Shown: positions 23,600-33,835 of the stretch, in pieces | Position numbering within the stretch: the stretch's first letter is position 1 | Layout: the number at the start of each line of letters is the position of its first letter | NCBI RefSeq assembly: GCF_963921235.1 | Contig: NC_086097.1 | Location: 184,452,001-184,516,000, forward strand | Source of the DNA: Mobula hypostoma | Taxonomy: Eukaryota | Length of the DNA: 64,000 bases | Direction: 5' to 3' | Made by a program: the position numbers and the translations under genes | The notes under the pieces: generated by a model | Told to the model about the DNA's origin: nothing | The model's input: only the letters and a program-made list of their open reading frames with translations | Database searches by the model: none

Positions 23600-25785
23600 A
23601 AGCATCAGAAGGGGACTCATTTACCAGTTCCATGTGGCTTTACCCTCACTCTAATTTTCTGAACAGAAAGGCCTACTGGAACTCAATAGTTATCACCAGC
23701 AACATCGCTGACGTCAAATAGTGGACACAGTCAGAGTGGTGATCTTAAGCTTTTAGATCTTCGAGGCTTAGGGGAGAGAGGTTTCACTCAGAGAAAGCAA
23801 AGGAAAGTAAAGCTCTTTATTTTCATTCTCTTTGTATCTGCTCAGCTAGGACAGTAGGGATGACAGGCAGGATAGTGAAATGTTCCTCTTGAAGGACGTG
23901 GGAGGAAGATCTCAATTATCCCTGACCAATACAACTGTGAGAAGTACATCCAGCTGCAAACTAACAAACTACATTAAGGAGTTGGATCTGGAACTGGATG
24001 AACTCTGGATCATTCAGGAGGCTGAAGGGCTGATAGATTGAACATATAGAGAGGTAATTACACCCAAGGTGCAGAACACAGGAGACTGGGTGACAGTCAG
24101 GAAGGAGAAAGGGGTTAAGGAGCCAGTGCAGAGTACTCCTGTGACCATCCCTCTCAACAACAGGTATACCACTTTGGATACTGTCAGTGGGGAATGACAT
24201 AACAGAGAAAAGTCACTGTGGTCTGGTCTCTGGCAATGAGTCTGTCTCTGTGATTCAGACAAGAAGTGTGAAGAAAAGACATGCTGTGGTGATAGTGGAG
24301 AGGTTAGCTAGGGGAAAGGACAGGAGGTTCTGTGGGCAAGAACGAGATTTCCAGATGGTATGTTGCCTCCTGGGTGCCAGTGTCCAGGATATCATGGATT
24401 GAGTCCTCAGCATTCTTAAGAGAGAGGGTGAACAGCCAGAAGCCGTGGTCCATCTAGGTACCAATGACATGGGTAGGATAAGCGATGAGGTTCTAAATAA
24501 GGAGTACAGGGAGTTAGGTGCAAAGTTAAAGGGCAGGACCTTCAAGGTTGTGATCTCAGGACTGCTACTCATGCCAAGTGCTAGTGAGGCCAGAGATAGG
24601 AAGATTAACAGTTTAATACACATCTATGGAGTCGGTGTAGGAAGGAGGGCATATGATTTTTGGATCATTGGGCTTCGTTCAAGGGACTGTTTGCATCTGA
24701 ACTGGAGGGGGTCTAATATCCTAGTGGGAAGTTTTGTTAATGCTGCACAATGGGGTTTAAACTAGAATTGCAGGGGGATGGGAACCAGAGTACCAGAACA
24801 GTTAGTGGAGAGGTTGTGGAGGCAGATGTGAGACTTCAGACAAAACTAGGAATCAAAAAGTTGAACATGGCGTGACAAAATTGAGAAGGGTGAATACAGG
24901 ACTGAAGGTATTGTACCTGAATGTGTGTGCTGTACAGAATAAAGTAGATAAACTTGCAGCACAGTTGCAGATTGGCAGGTTTGATGTTGTAGGCATCATA
25001 GACTCATGGCTGAAAGATTATAGCCAGGAGCTTAGTGTCCAAAGATGCACACTGTATCGAAAGGATAGGCAGGAAGACAGAGGAAGCAGCATTGATAAAA
25101 AATGAAATCAAATCATTAGAAATTGGTGATATAGCGTCAGAAGATGTTGAATCATTGTGGGTAGAGCTAAGGAACTGCAAAGGTAAAACGATCCTGATGG
25201 GAATTCTATAGAGGCCCTCAAACAGTAGTAAGGGTGCTGCCTACAAATTAGAACAGGAGATAGAACATGCATGCCATAAGGGCAATGTTACAATAGTCAT
25301 GGGGGACTTCAATGTGCAGGTAGATTGGAAAAATCAGGTTGGAGCTGGATTGGAGGAGGGGGAATTTCTAGAGTGTCGACGAGATGGCTTTTTAGAGCAG
25401 CTCATGGTTGAGCCCACTGGAGGATCAGCTATTCTGGATTGGGTATTGTGCAAAGAAACAAAGTTGATTAGAGAGCTTAAAGTAAAAGAACCCTTAGGGG
25501 AAAGTGATCATAAAGTGAAGGAAAAACTAAAGTCAGATGTATCAGTACTACAGTGGAGTGAAGGGAATTACAGAAGCATGAGAGAGGAGTAGGACAGAAT
25601 TGATTGGAAAAGAACACTAGCAGGGATGGCATCAGAGCAGAAATGGCTGGAACCTCTGGATGCAATTTGGAAGGCACAGTATATATCCACCCAATGAAGA
25701 ACAAGTATTCTAAAGGAAAGATGACACAACAGTGGCTAACAAAAGAAGTCAAAGCCAACATAAAAGCCAGGAGAGGATATATCAA
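23600..25785 (+). mobile_element. CR1 5' half: 5' UTR, ORF1 (zinc finger/coiled coil plus SGNH esterase) and ORF2 endonuclease; degenerate
   Basis: ORF1 from about 23860 (MTGRIVKCSS...NCEK..QL; DRRFCG; CCLLGA; VHLGTNDMG). ORF2 has LKVLYLN and GDFNVQVDW...SDH. The 5' boundary is approximate. Confidence 0.88.
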
Positions 25786-26692
25786 TGGAGCAGTCATCGA
25801 CAGAGTAATCTGAGGCAGAGTGGTAAGGCTCTGGCTCATTCGGGTTTTGGCGAGGTAAGTGGGTGAGTGGACTTTGTTTTTTTTCTTTCCTTTTTTTTTA
25901 AGAGGAATAAAGTGCATGTCTGTCCAGTCAGTACTTTGCTCTGGGTGTCAGATATGGGAATCCTGGGAATCTTCCAATCTCCCAGATGGCCACATCTGCT
26001 ACAGGTGCACCAAGACGCAGCTCCTGAGAGACCATGTTAGGGATCTGGAGCTGCAGCTTGATGATCTACAGCTTATTAGGGAGAGTGAGCAGGAGATAGA
26101 TAGGAGCTACAAGGAGTTAGTCACTCCAAGGCTGCAGGAGTTAGATAAGTGGGTGACTATCATGGAAGGGATGGGAAGATAGTAGAGAGCACCCCTGTGG
26201 CAATCTCCCTCAGTAATTATTATTTCATTTTGGATGCTGTTGAGGGTGGGGGTGTCCTGACAGAAGATGACCACAGCAATCGGGTCTCTGCCACTGAGCC
26301 TGGATCCATGATACAGAAGGGAGAGAAGAAGATGAGGAATGCAGTAGTCATAGGGGATTCCATAGTAGGAGGAACAGACAGGAGGTTCTGTCAGCCTGAT
26401 AGAGATACCCGCATGGTGTGTTGTCTCCCAAGCGCTAGGATACGGGATGTATCTGATCGGGTGCAAAGTATTCTGAAGGGAGAAGGTGAATAGCCAGAAG
26501 TCTTGGTACACATTGGAACCAATGACATAGGTAGAAAAAGGGAGGAGGTCCTGGAGAAAGAATTCAGGGAGTTGGGTAGGAAACTTAAAAGCAGGACCTC
26601 CAGGGTAGTAATCTTGGGATCACTGCCTGTGCCACGTGCTAACAAGTTCAAGAATAGCATGATCAGACATACTAATGTGTGGCTGAGAGAAT
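25786..26692 (+). mobile_element. Second CR1 5' UTR and ORF1 (different subfamily)
   Basis: MSVQSVLCSGCQIWE...HICYRC zinc finger; VIGDSIVGGTDRRFC and VHIGTNDIG esterase motifs. Confidence 0.88.
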
Positions 26693-27182
26693 GGAGAAGG
26701 TTTCATTGGAGGTACACAAAAATGATTCCAGGATTGAATGACTTGTCATATGAAGAGCAGCTGATGGCTCTGGGCCTGTATTCACTGGAATTCAGAATCA
26801 TGAGGGGTGACCTCATTGAAACCTAGCGAATGGTGAATGGTCTTGATAGAGTGGATGTGGGGAGGATGTTTCCTATGGTGGGAGAGTCTAAGACCAGATG
26901 GCACAGCCTCAGAATAAAGGTGTGTGCTTTTAGAATGGAGATGAGAAGGAATTTCTTTAGCTAGGTGGTGAGGAATTCTTTGCCACAGGCACCTGTGGAA
27001 GCCAAGTCTTCAAGTATGTCTAAGGCAGAGGTTAATAAATTCTTGATTGGTCAGGGCTTTAGGGATATGGGGAAAAAGCAGGAGATTGGGGCTGAGAAGA
27101 AAGTTGGATCAGCCATGATGAAATAGCAGAACAGACTTGATGGGCCAAATAGCCTAATTCTGCTACTACATCTTATGGTCTT
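26693..27182 (+). mobile_element. CR1 ORF2 C-terminus and 3' UTR
   Basis: YTKMIPGL..LSYEE.LMALGLYSLEFRIMRGDLIET; tail GATGGGCCAAATAGCC...TCTTATGGTCTT. Confidence 0.9.
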
Positions 27183-27999
27183 AAATGGATGCGAAGTTTG
27201 CACACCAATTTTGTTTAAACATAGTCTATTTTGCCACAACTATTCCGGAAAGGCAGTCATATGCTGTGATGGCTTATGGATGACAACATTTATTTTCCAG
27301 GTCCATGGATTCAATTAAATTTATTGCTTCACTGAACAATTGTGCATTGAGGTACATTAATCAGTTGCAATAATTGTTCAAATAATTATAGGAGTTTGAA
27401 ATGAAAGGAAAGGTTACCACATTGATCAACCAGAGGAGTTACTACCGTAGGCATCTTAGAACACTCCACATATGATTATGTCTTTTTCAGATCCTCTATT
27501 CCTAAAACACTGGATGTGGAGTCCCAGCAACACCTCTGGAGCTTGTCTCCCTCGTCCTCATTTTATGAGACATGACAATTCTTCATATAATTATCCTCTA
27601 CAATTAAATATGCTTCAATACAGCCAGCTAACAAAATAAAAATCATCTTACTTTGAATGTCTCCAGCTGAACTTTCTTTGAATAGTCCAAAGTTTCAGAC
27701 TGCTGGCACCCTTTACTGTGAAGAAGTGTTCCTGATTAGAAAAGCCTGCTAATATCGCCTTATTCTGGAATTCAGCTCCAAAGCAACAGATCCTATTTAT
27801 CCAAGCAAATCCTTTAATCATCTTAAACCACCTCAATTACATTATCTCTCAATAATCCACATATTTTAAACCTTTTTACAGCAGTGACATCTGATGAATT
27901 TGTACTGCACATTCTCTAAGAGAAGGACCTACTTGCTTTTACACATTGATTTTAGTGACATGAAAATAATTATTGATGGGAAACTGTCACGCACACACA

Positions 28000-28140
28000 C
28001 ATGAAAATGCTGAATAGACTCAGCAGAACAGGCAGTGTCTGTGAAAAGACAAACAATTAACACTCTCAGCACTTAAATCATCTGTAAGAACTTCAGCTTC
28101 CATTCTGCCAAGTGTTTCTGGCATTTTCTGCTTTTATTTT
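28000..28140. mobile_element. Old degenerate copy of the PLE-derived hairpin element
   Basis: AAAATGCTGAATAGACTCAGCAG ... CTGCCAAGTGTTTCTGGCATTTT form inverted ends. Confidence 0.55.
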
Positions 28141-28149
28141 GCACAAGTA

Positions 28150-29330
28150 CTTGATGGATGTGCTCTCCAAAATAAGGTAGGGAAGGGAATCAGTCAATTG
28201 GTAACACTGGTCTACATAGACATCAGTAGCACTGTTCAAATTCATGGGTGGGAAATGCAAAGTCTGGACAAAACTGCTATGTCTTTTTTTTGTGTTGCTT
28301 CGAATCTTTGCCAGATCCAACAGGAGGAAATAGGCAGAAGAGGGATGTTGATCCCATGTAGTGGGGGTGCTCAATTCAAAGCTTCTCTCTACATGGCCAT
28401 TTCTGTTCAGACTAATTGGTGGTCCCTGCACTGATGAGCATCTGTGGCAGGCTGAACCAGCCTCAGGGCCAAAATTCACTGCAGCAAAAGAGAGACCATT
28501 TTTTTAGGTGCCTAGTCTGATTTGTCCTCTGTTCCCTTCACCTCAGGTTGTTTACCTCAAGGTGCTGGGACTTTGGTCTGGAGGAGCATGCGGAAAGAAC
28601 CGTCTGTAGCAAATAGCCTGGATGAAATGCAAGTGGGAATGCAGCAGCAGTGCTCTCTTGGTGGCAGGAATTGCAATTCGGGATGCAGAATCTTCACCTT
28701 GCACTCAGGCAGTTGTCTGTGCAATCTTCCGTCTGGTAACATAAAACGTGCTGTGTCCATAGGGATTTGATGTGCAGGTCTCCAGATAAAGTGAAAGAAT
28801 ATTTACTCAAAATACCCCACATCCTGATGGCTGCATCAAAGTGTGTGTTACGTCAGTGAACACAAACATCAAGCTTTACTAGATGCTGAAGTTCTATCAG
28901 TCTCTGGTGTTACGAAGGTTGTGCTTTGTCATATTACACCTGAGTAATCCATTTAGCTGGACCATGTCATACCACTTCATCCTGGCAAGAAAGTTTCCAC
29001 AGAACAAAGCACTTTGAAAACAAGCCATTCAGGAGAGAGTCTGCTTGGAATGTTCTCCTGGGAAGAAGGAACTGGTGAATCTTGTAAGATGCTTTACCAA
29101 ACCGAAAGTCAAACTTCTGTGGAAGAATGCCTCATGTTGAAAGCTTGCAAACAAGCACCTGACAGGAAGATCATCAGTTTGGTGAAAGACTCATTTTGGC
29201 TTGATCAAAACCCATTACTTTTCCAGTGCAAGGAGTCATCCACAAATTAAACATCCATGAGTCTGTGCTGAAATGAGCCACTATAAGGTGGAAGAAGATC
29301 ACAGTCTAAGATCCTCCCACTCATGTACAC
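28150..29330 (+). mobile_element. Degenerate Tx1/L1-clade LINE (RT to C-terminal region)
   Basis: Remnants KASLYM (RT YxDD region) and ILMA..CIKVCV..NTNIKLY*MLKFYQSLVLRR, resembling Tx1-clade ORF2 as recalled. Heavily decayed. Confidence 0.55.
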
Positions 29331-29506
29331 TAAGTAGCTCTTGTCTCAATCATTCTATTGATAGAATATTTCGGAATTAAACATTATTGATACATTAACA
29401 TATTACAGTAAGTGTAAGGATAAGCTTGATAAATTGAGTGATGATTGTAACATACTAATTGTATAACTGGAATTTTTGGACAGAAAAGAGCTTGTAGTAA
29501 AAATAT

Positions 29507-31583
29507 TACATAGGACATAGAACAGTACAGCACAGGAATAGGCCCTTCAGCTAACTGAACTAAAATCTTCTGCCTACACAATGTCCATATCTTTGCATTT
29601 TTCTCAGATCACTATTCCTTGCATTTCTGGTTAGATGCTAACTGCATTTCATTGGCTTTGTATCTGTACTTGGCACAATGACAATAAAGTTGAAACTAAT
29701 CTGATCTATCTAAATGTCTCTTAGAAGTCTCTAATATTTCTTCCCCTACCACCACCCTAGGCAGCTCGTTCCAGACGCTTACCACTCCCTGTGTAAAAAA
29801 ATAACTTGTCCCTCACATCTCCTTTGAAATTACCTGAAATGTCATGCCGTCTGATGTTAGATATTTAAACCCTGGGAGAAAAAGCTACTATCTGTCTACT
29901 CTATCTATGCATCTGATAATCTTATACACCTCTCACAACTATCTCTCAACTTCTGCTGCTACAGAGAAAACAAACGAAGTTAGTCCAACCTCTCATGGCC
30001 TCTAATCCAGGCAGCATCCTGATAAACTTCTTCTGCACCCTTCTCAAAGTTTTGGCATCCTTCCTATAACGGGGCAACCAGAACTGCATGCAATACTCCA
30101 GATGGGGCCTAACTAGTTTTATAAAGCTGCAATATAACTTCCTGACTTTTGAACTCAGTGCTTTGTCTAATAAATGCAAGCATGCCACATGTCCTCCCAA
30201 CGACCCTATCAACCTGTGTGGCCATGTTCAGGGAACTAAACCTTGGACCCCAAGATTTCCTCTGCTAATTTTTCATTGTTAAGGATCTTGCCCTTAACAG
30301 TGTACAGTTTCTTTATATTTGACCTACCAAGGTGCAACACTTTACATTTGGCCGGGATAAGCTCCATCTGCCATTTCTCTGCCCATATCTGCAACTGATC
30401 TATATTCTGTTTTATTCTTTGCCAGTCTTCTACGCTATCCACAATGCTAGCAACGTTCATAACATCTGCAAATGTACTGGCCCACTCATCTATATTTTCA
30501 TCCATGTCATTTACATACATCACAAACAACAGAAGTCCCAGTACAGATCCCCGCAGAACACCATTAATCACAGCTAGAATAGGTCCCTACCACCTATCCT
30601 CTGTCTTCTCTGAGACAGTTCTAAATCCAAATTGCTGATTCTCCATGGATCCCATCCAACATAATCTTCTGGATCAGCTTCCCGTGAGGGGACTTGTCAA
30701 ACACCTTACTAAAATCCACGTAGACAACATCTATAGCTCTATTTTTTATCAATCATTCTCATCATTCAATCAAATTGGTAAGACTCAACCTCTCCTGCAC
30801 AAAGCCATGCTGGCTCTCCCTAACCAGGCCATGGATTTCCAAATCCCCACGAATCTTATCCTGAAGAATTCTTTCCTCTCTGTGAGACTCACCAGTATAT
30901 AGTTTCTAGGATTATCACTGGTCCCTTCCTTGAATAATGGAACAACATTAGCTATTCGCCAGTCCTCCGGGACCTCACTAGTAGCTAGGAAGGATACAAA
31001 GATACTGGTCAAGACCCTAGCAATCTCTTCTCTTGCTTCTCTTAATAAGCTGGGCTATTAACTATCATGTAGTGGAGATTTATCCACCTCAGTGCTCTTT
31101 AAGAGATCCAGCACTATCTCCTTCTTTACCTCAAAATGCCCCACAGTATCAATATGCTCAGCATATCAATATCTCCCTATCCTCCACATCATTCTCCTTG
31201 GTAAATATTGATACTAAGTTCTCAGTCTTCTCCACATTCTCCACATGCAAGCAATCATCCCCACTTTATCCTTGTGTGGTCCAGCCCTCTCCCTAGTTAT
31301 CCTCTTGCTCTTGTATAGAATGTCTTGGGATTCTCTTTAACCCTACTTGCCAGTGACTTTTCATGACCTGTCCTTGCTTTCCTAATTCCCTTCTTGAGCT
31401 CTTTCCTGGCTGCTTTGTATCCTCAAGGACACTGTTTAAGTCTAGCTTCCTAAGCTTTACACACCTTACCTTTTTCTTCCTGACTATATTCATCACCTGT
31501 CTCAACATCCAAAGTTCTTTTCTTGTATTTTGCCATCCTTGTCCTTCCTTCTTTCTAGAACATACCTGTCCTGTACTCTGTGC
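29507..31583 (-). mobile_element. CR1 LINE (RT and 3' end) with a short Rex1-like tail inserted at about 29610-29705
   Basis: PEDWRIANVVPLFKEG, GVLRGSVLG, FADV, RPHLEYCMQFW; CR1 3' end at about 29507-29560. Confidence 0.92.
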
Positions 31584-32870
31584 ATGAGGAAGACCATGGG
31601 GGAAGTGAAGGTGTGTGGAGTTTTGACGTATGTGGATGACCGCCTAGAGCTTGGATTCGCCTGGGGGGACTATGAGGCGAGGCGAGTGGCTGAGCCCGGG
31701 CGACTGAAGCGAAGTGTCAAATGTGGAGGAGTTTTTGGCCGGAGGAGTTTGGTGCAATGTGAGGAAAATGACCCGACATACCAGTTGAACTTCCTGGTGT
31801 TGGGACAGACGGTGGTGGACCAGGGGATGGAAACCCAGGTCGTCAATCTGAATGAGACACAGGGAAGAGAGGGGATTTGCACCGCACTGCGGTCATGTAC
31901 TGATGAATTAATCCAGCGAGAAGAAACAATGACCCACCTTCGAAGGGATCAGCAGAAACTCAAGACGTCGATTCAGAACAGATTGGAAGACTTGCAAGTT
32001 GGGGAAGATCAAGGAAGTGTTCTGACTAAGGTCAACAGAAAACTGAGAGCCCAGGAGGGGAGTTTGACTACACTCCCGAGGAGGTAAAGAAATGGAGGAC
32101 AGATATCGGAAAAGGGAGGCGGACGCTTGAAAGGAACCTGAAGATGACTATCACGAGTTTAAATGAAGTGGGAAAACTGAACGCTGACCTGGAGGACGTC
32201 CTCAGGAAGAAACAACCAGAGGCTGAACATCCTTTAACTGCTGCTTTTCAGGTCAGGGTGGGAGAAGCTGGTGGGGTAACTGCGTCCCAGATTGAGATGG
32301 CCAGGAACCCTGAGTCAGAGCTGCTGAGGCTGTGGCGAGAGTTGAATGAATCCCCGAAGAAGCTGACGTCTCGACTGCAGCAGGATGAAGGGGTAGCCCC
32401 GGCTAAATGCTTCAGTTTGGAAAAACTTAAACAGCAGCTACCGATCGAGGGAATGAGGAAGGATACGGATTCGAAGGATGATGTGCTGTACCTGTGGTAC
32501 ATGCTGCCTTTCGCTAACTTCCCTGTGATTGAGGAAGAGACCTTTGGCCCTTCTCCCACTCAGTCAGGTGTAGTGGGGAGAGCTAGCTGTGGGTAGTCTG
32601 AGTTACGGCAGGATCGGGAAGGAGGAGAGGCGGGGCCCCGGACACAGGACAGGGGGCCCCGAGCTGTAGTGGTGGCCTGAGTGAGAGAGGAGTTGACAAG
32701 CAGGCCCGAGGTATCCCTAGTAGTCTCTGAGCCTTTTGGGTTTAGGTGAGGGCGTACAGAGGTCTCGGAGAGTTAAGAAGCTTCCAGATAGGTTGGCCTA
32801 TGTAGCGCCTGTGGGACAGGAGTAAGGTCCACTGTTTGGGGAGCACTGTCACTGTGTGTGTTGTGTGTCT
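31584..32870 (+). mobile_element. Chimeric Gypsy derivative: RT remnant, captured myosin heavy chain rod, Gypsy C-terminal tail; no LTRs in this copy
   Basis: 31584-31709 MRKTMGEVKVCGVLTYVDD...YEARR..PGRLK is a Gypsy RT motif region. About 31746-32449 is myosin rod. 32462-32810 [12 protein letters not shown]...DRLAYVAP matches the Gypsy at 14633-15010. Confidence 0.85.
31746..32449 (+). pseudogene. Processed, internally deleted fragment of a class II (sarcomeric, MYH16-like) myosin heavy chain rod
   Basis: Colinear myosin-like blocks: [101 protein letters not shown]...[13 protein letters not shown]. One frameshift near 32075. Confidence 0.8.
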
Positions 32871-32894
32871 GCATTGGTTTATCTATATATTGAT

Positions 32895-33195
32895 TTAAGA
32901 AACCCGCCTGGACGCACCTAACAAATTCTCTCTCATCTAAGCCTCTTGCATTGAGAAGATCTCAGCTTATATTAGGGAAGCTGAAATTCCCCATGATAAC
33001 AACCTTTCCTTTACACCTTTACAACTTTCATTCTTCTGCCTGCATATCTGTTCCTCAATGTCTCCATGGCTATTGGGGAGGTTTGTGGTACTATCCCATC
33101 AGAGTGTTTGCATCCTTCCTATTTTTGAGTTCTACAGATTATAGACTCAGTGGGTGTGCCTGCCATTATGAAGGTGCGATATTGTCCCTGACAAT
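32895..33195 (-). mobile_element. CR1 endonuclease fragment, likely the 5' continuation of 29507-31583
   Basis: Minus strand MGNFSFPNIS*DLLNARGLDEREFVRCVQAGF and TLMG*YHKPP. Confidence 0.85.
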
Positions 33196-33196
33196 A

Positions 33197-33835
33197 TGGA
33201 GGGCAGAGCTTAGGGAAGATGGTGCCTAACAGCGACTCCTTTACTTGTTTCTTCGGAAACAGCTTTATTTCTATCTTTGATATCTCTTTTTTTTATCCTT
33301 TTCAGGGTTCTTTTGAAGACTCTGACATGGAATTGTACACCGAGTTCAGTTCTTTGTGGAAATGGGACCTGCTCTCAGGGCCTCACGGCTGGCCACTTTT
33401 CGACATGCCAAGGAAGACTAGTGTGCTTTCAGGGTACCAGATTTCCGTGGCTCTGAAGGCCGGCGGATTCAAGGTTGATGCCGCCTGATGTGTCGTGGGA
33501 GTACATGGAAAATAGAAAGCAGCGAGCTGGCTGCTGGCTGTGTGCCCAGAGACCCTAGTTCTTTGGGCACCTAGTTTGGAAAAAACGACGCAACAGACTT
33601 TTAACACCATAAATCGGCGAGTTGTTTTGTTATATCTCCCCTCTCACTGTGAAACAGGGAGACCTCTTTTTCCCATGTTGGGGAGAGAGAGAGTCCGTGG
33701 TATGTCGAATACCGGGTGAACAAGTAGGCTTTGGGGTACTGCAAGTCTGTGTCTTTATTGATGCTTTGCTGCACACTTGAGTTACCACTGAGGGGTGCAG
33801 ATGCTTTTTTGTTGGTGGGGGACAAGGGAGTCATG
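33197..33835 (+). mobile_element. Non-coding element of a second family starting with GAAGATGG
   Basis: Starts GGAGGGCAGAGCTTAGGGAAGATGGTGCC. Its 3' part (TCTCCCCTCTCACTGTGAAAC...GATGCTTTTTTG) resembles 45030-45300. Confidence 0.55.

Noticed and set aside
31530..32596. A genuine host myosin gene exon
   Set aside because: No splice structure, many internal deletions, a frameshift, and Gypsy sequence fused at both ends. It is a captured copy, not the gene.
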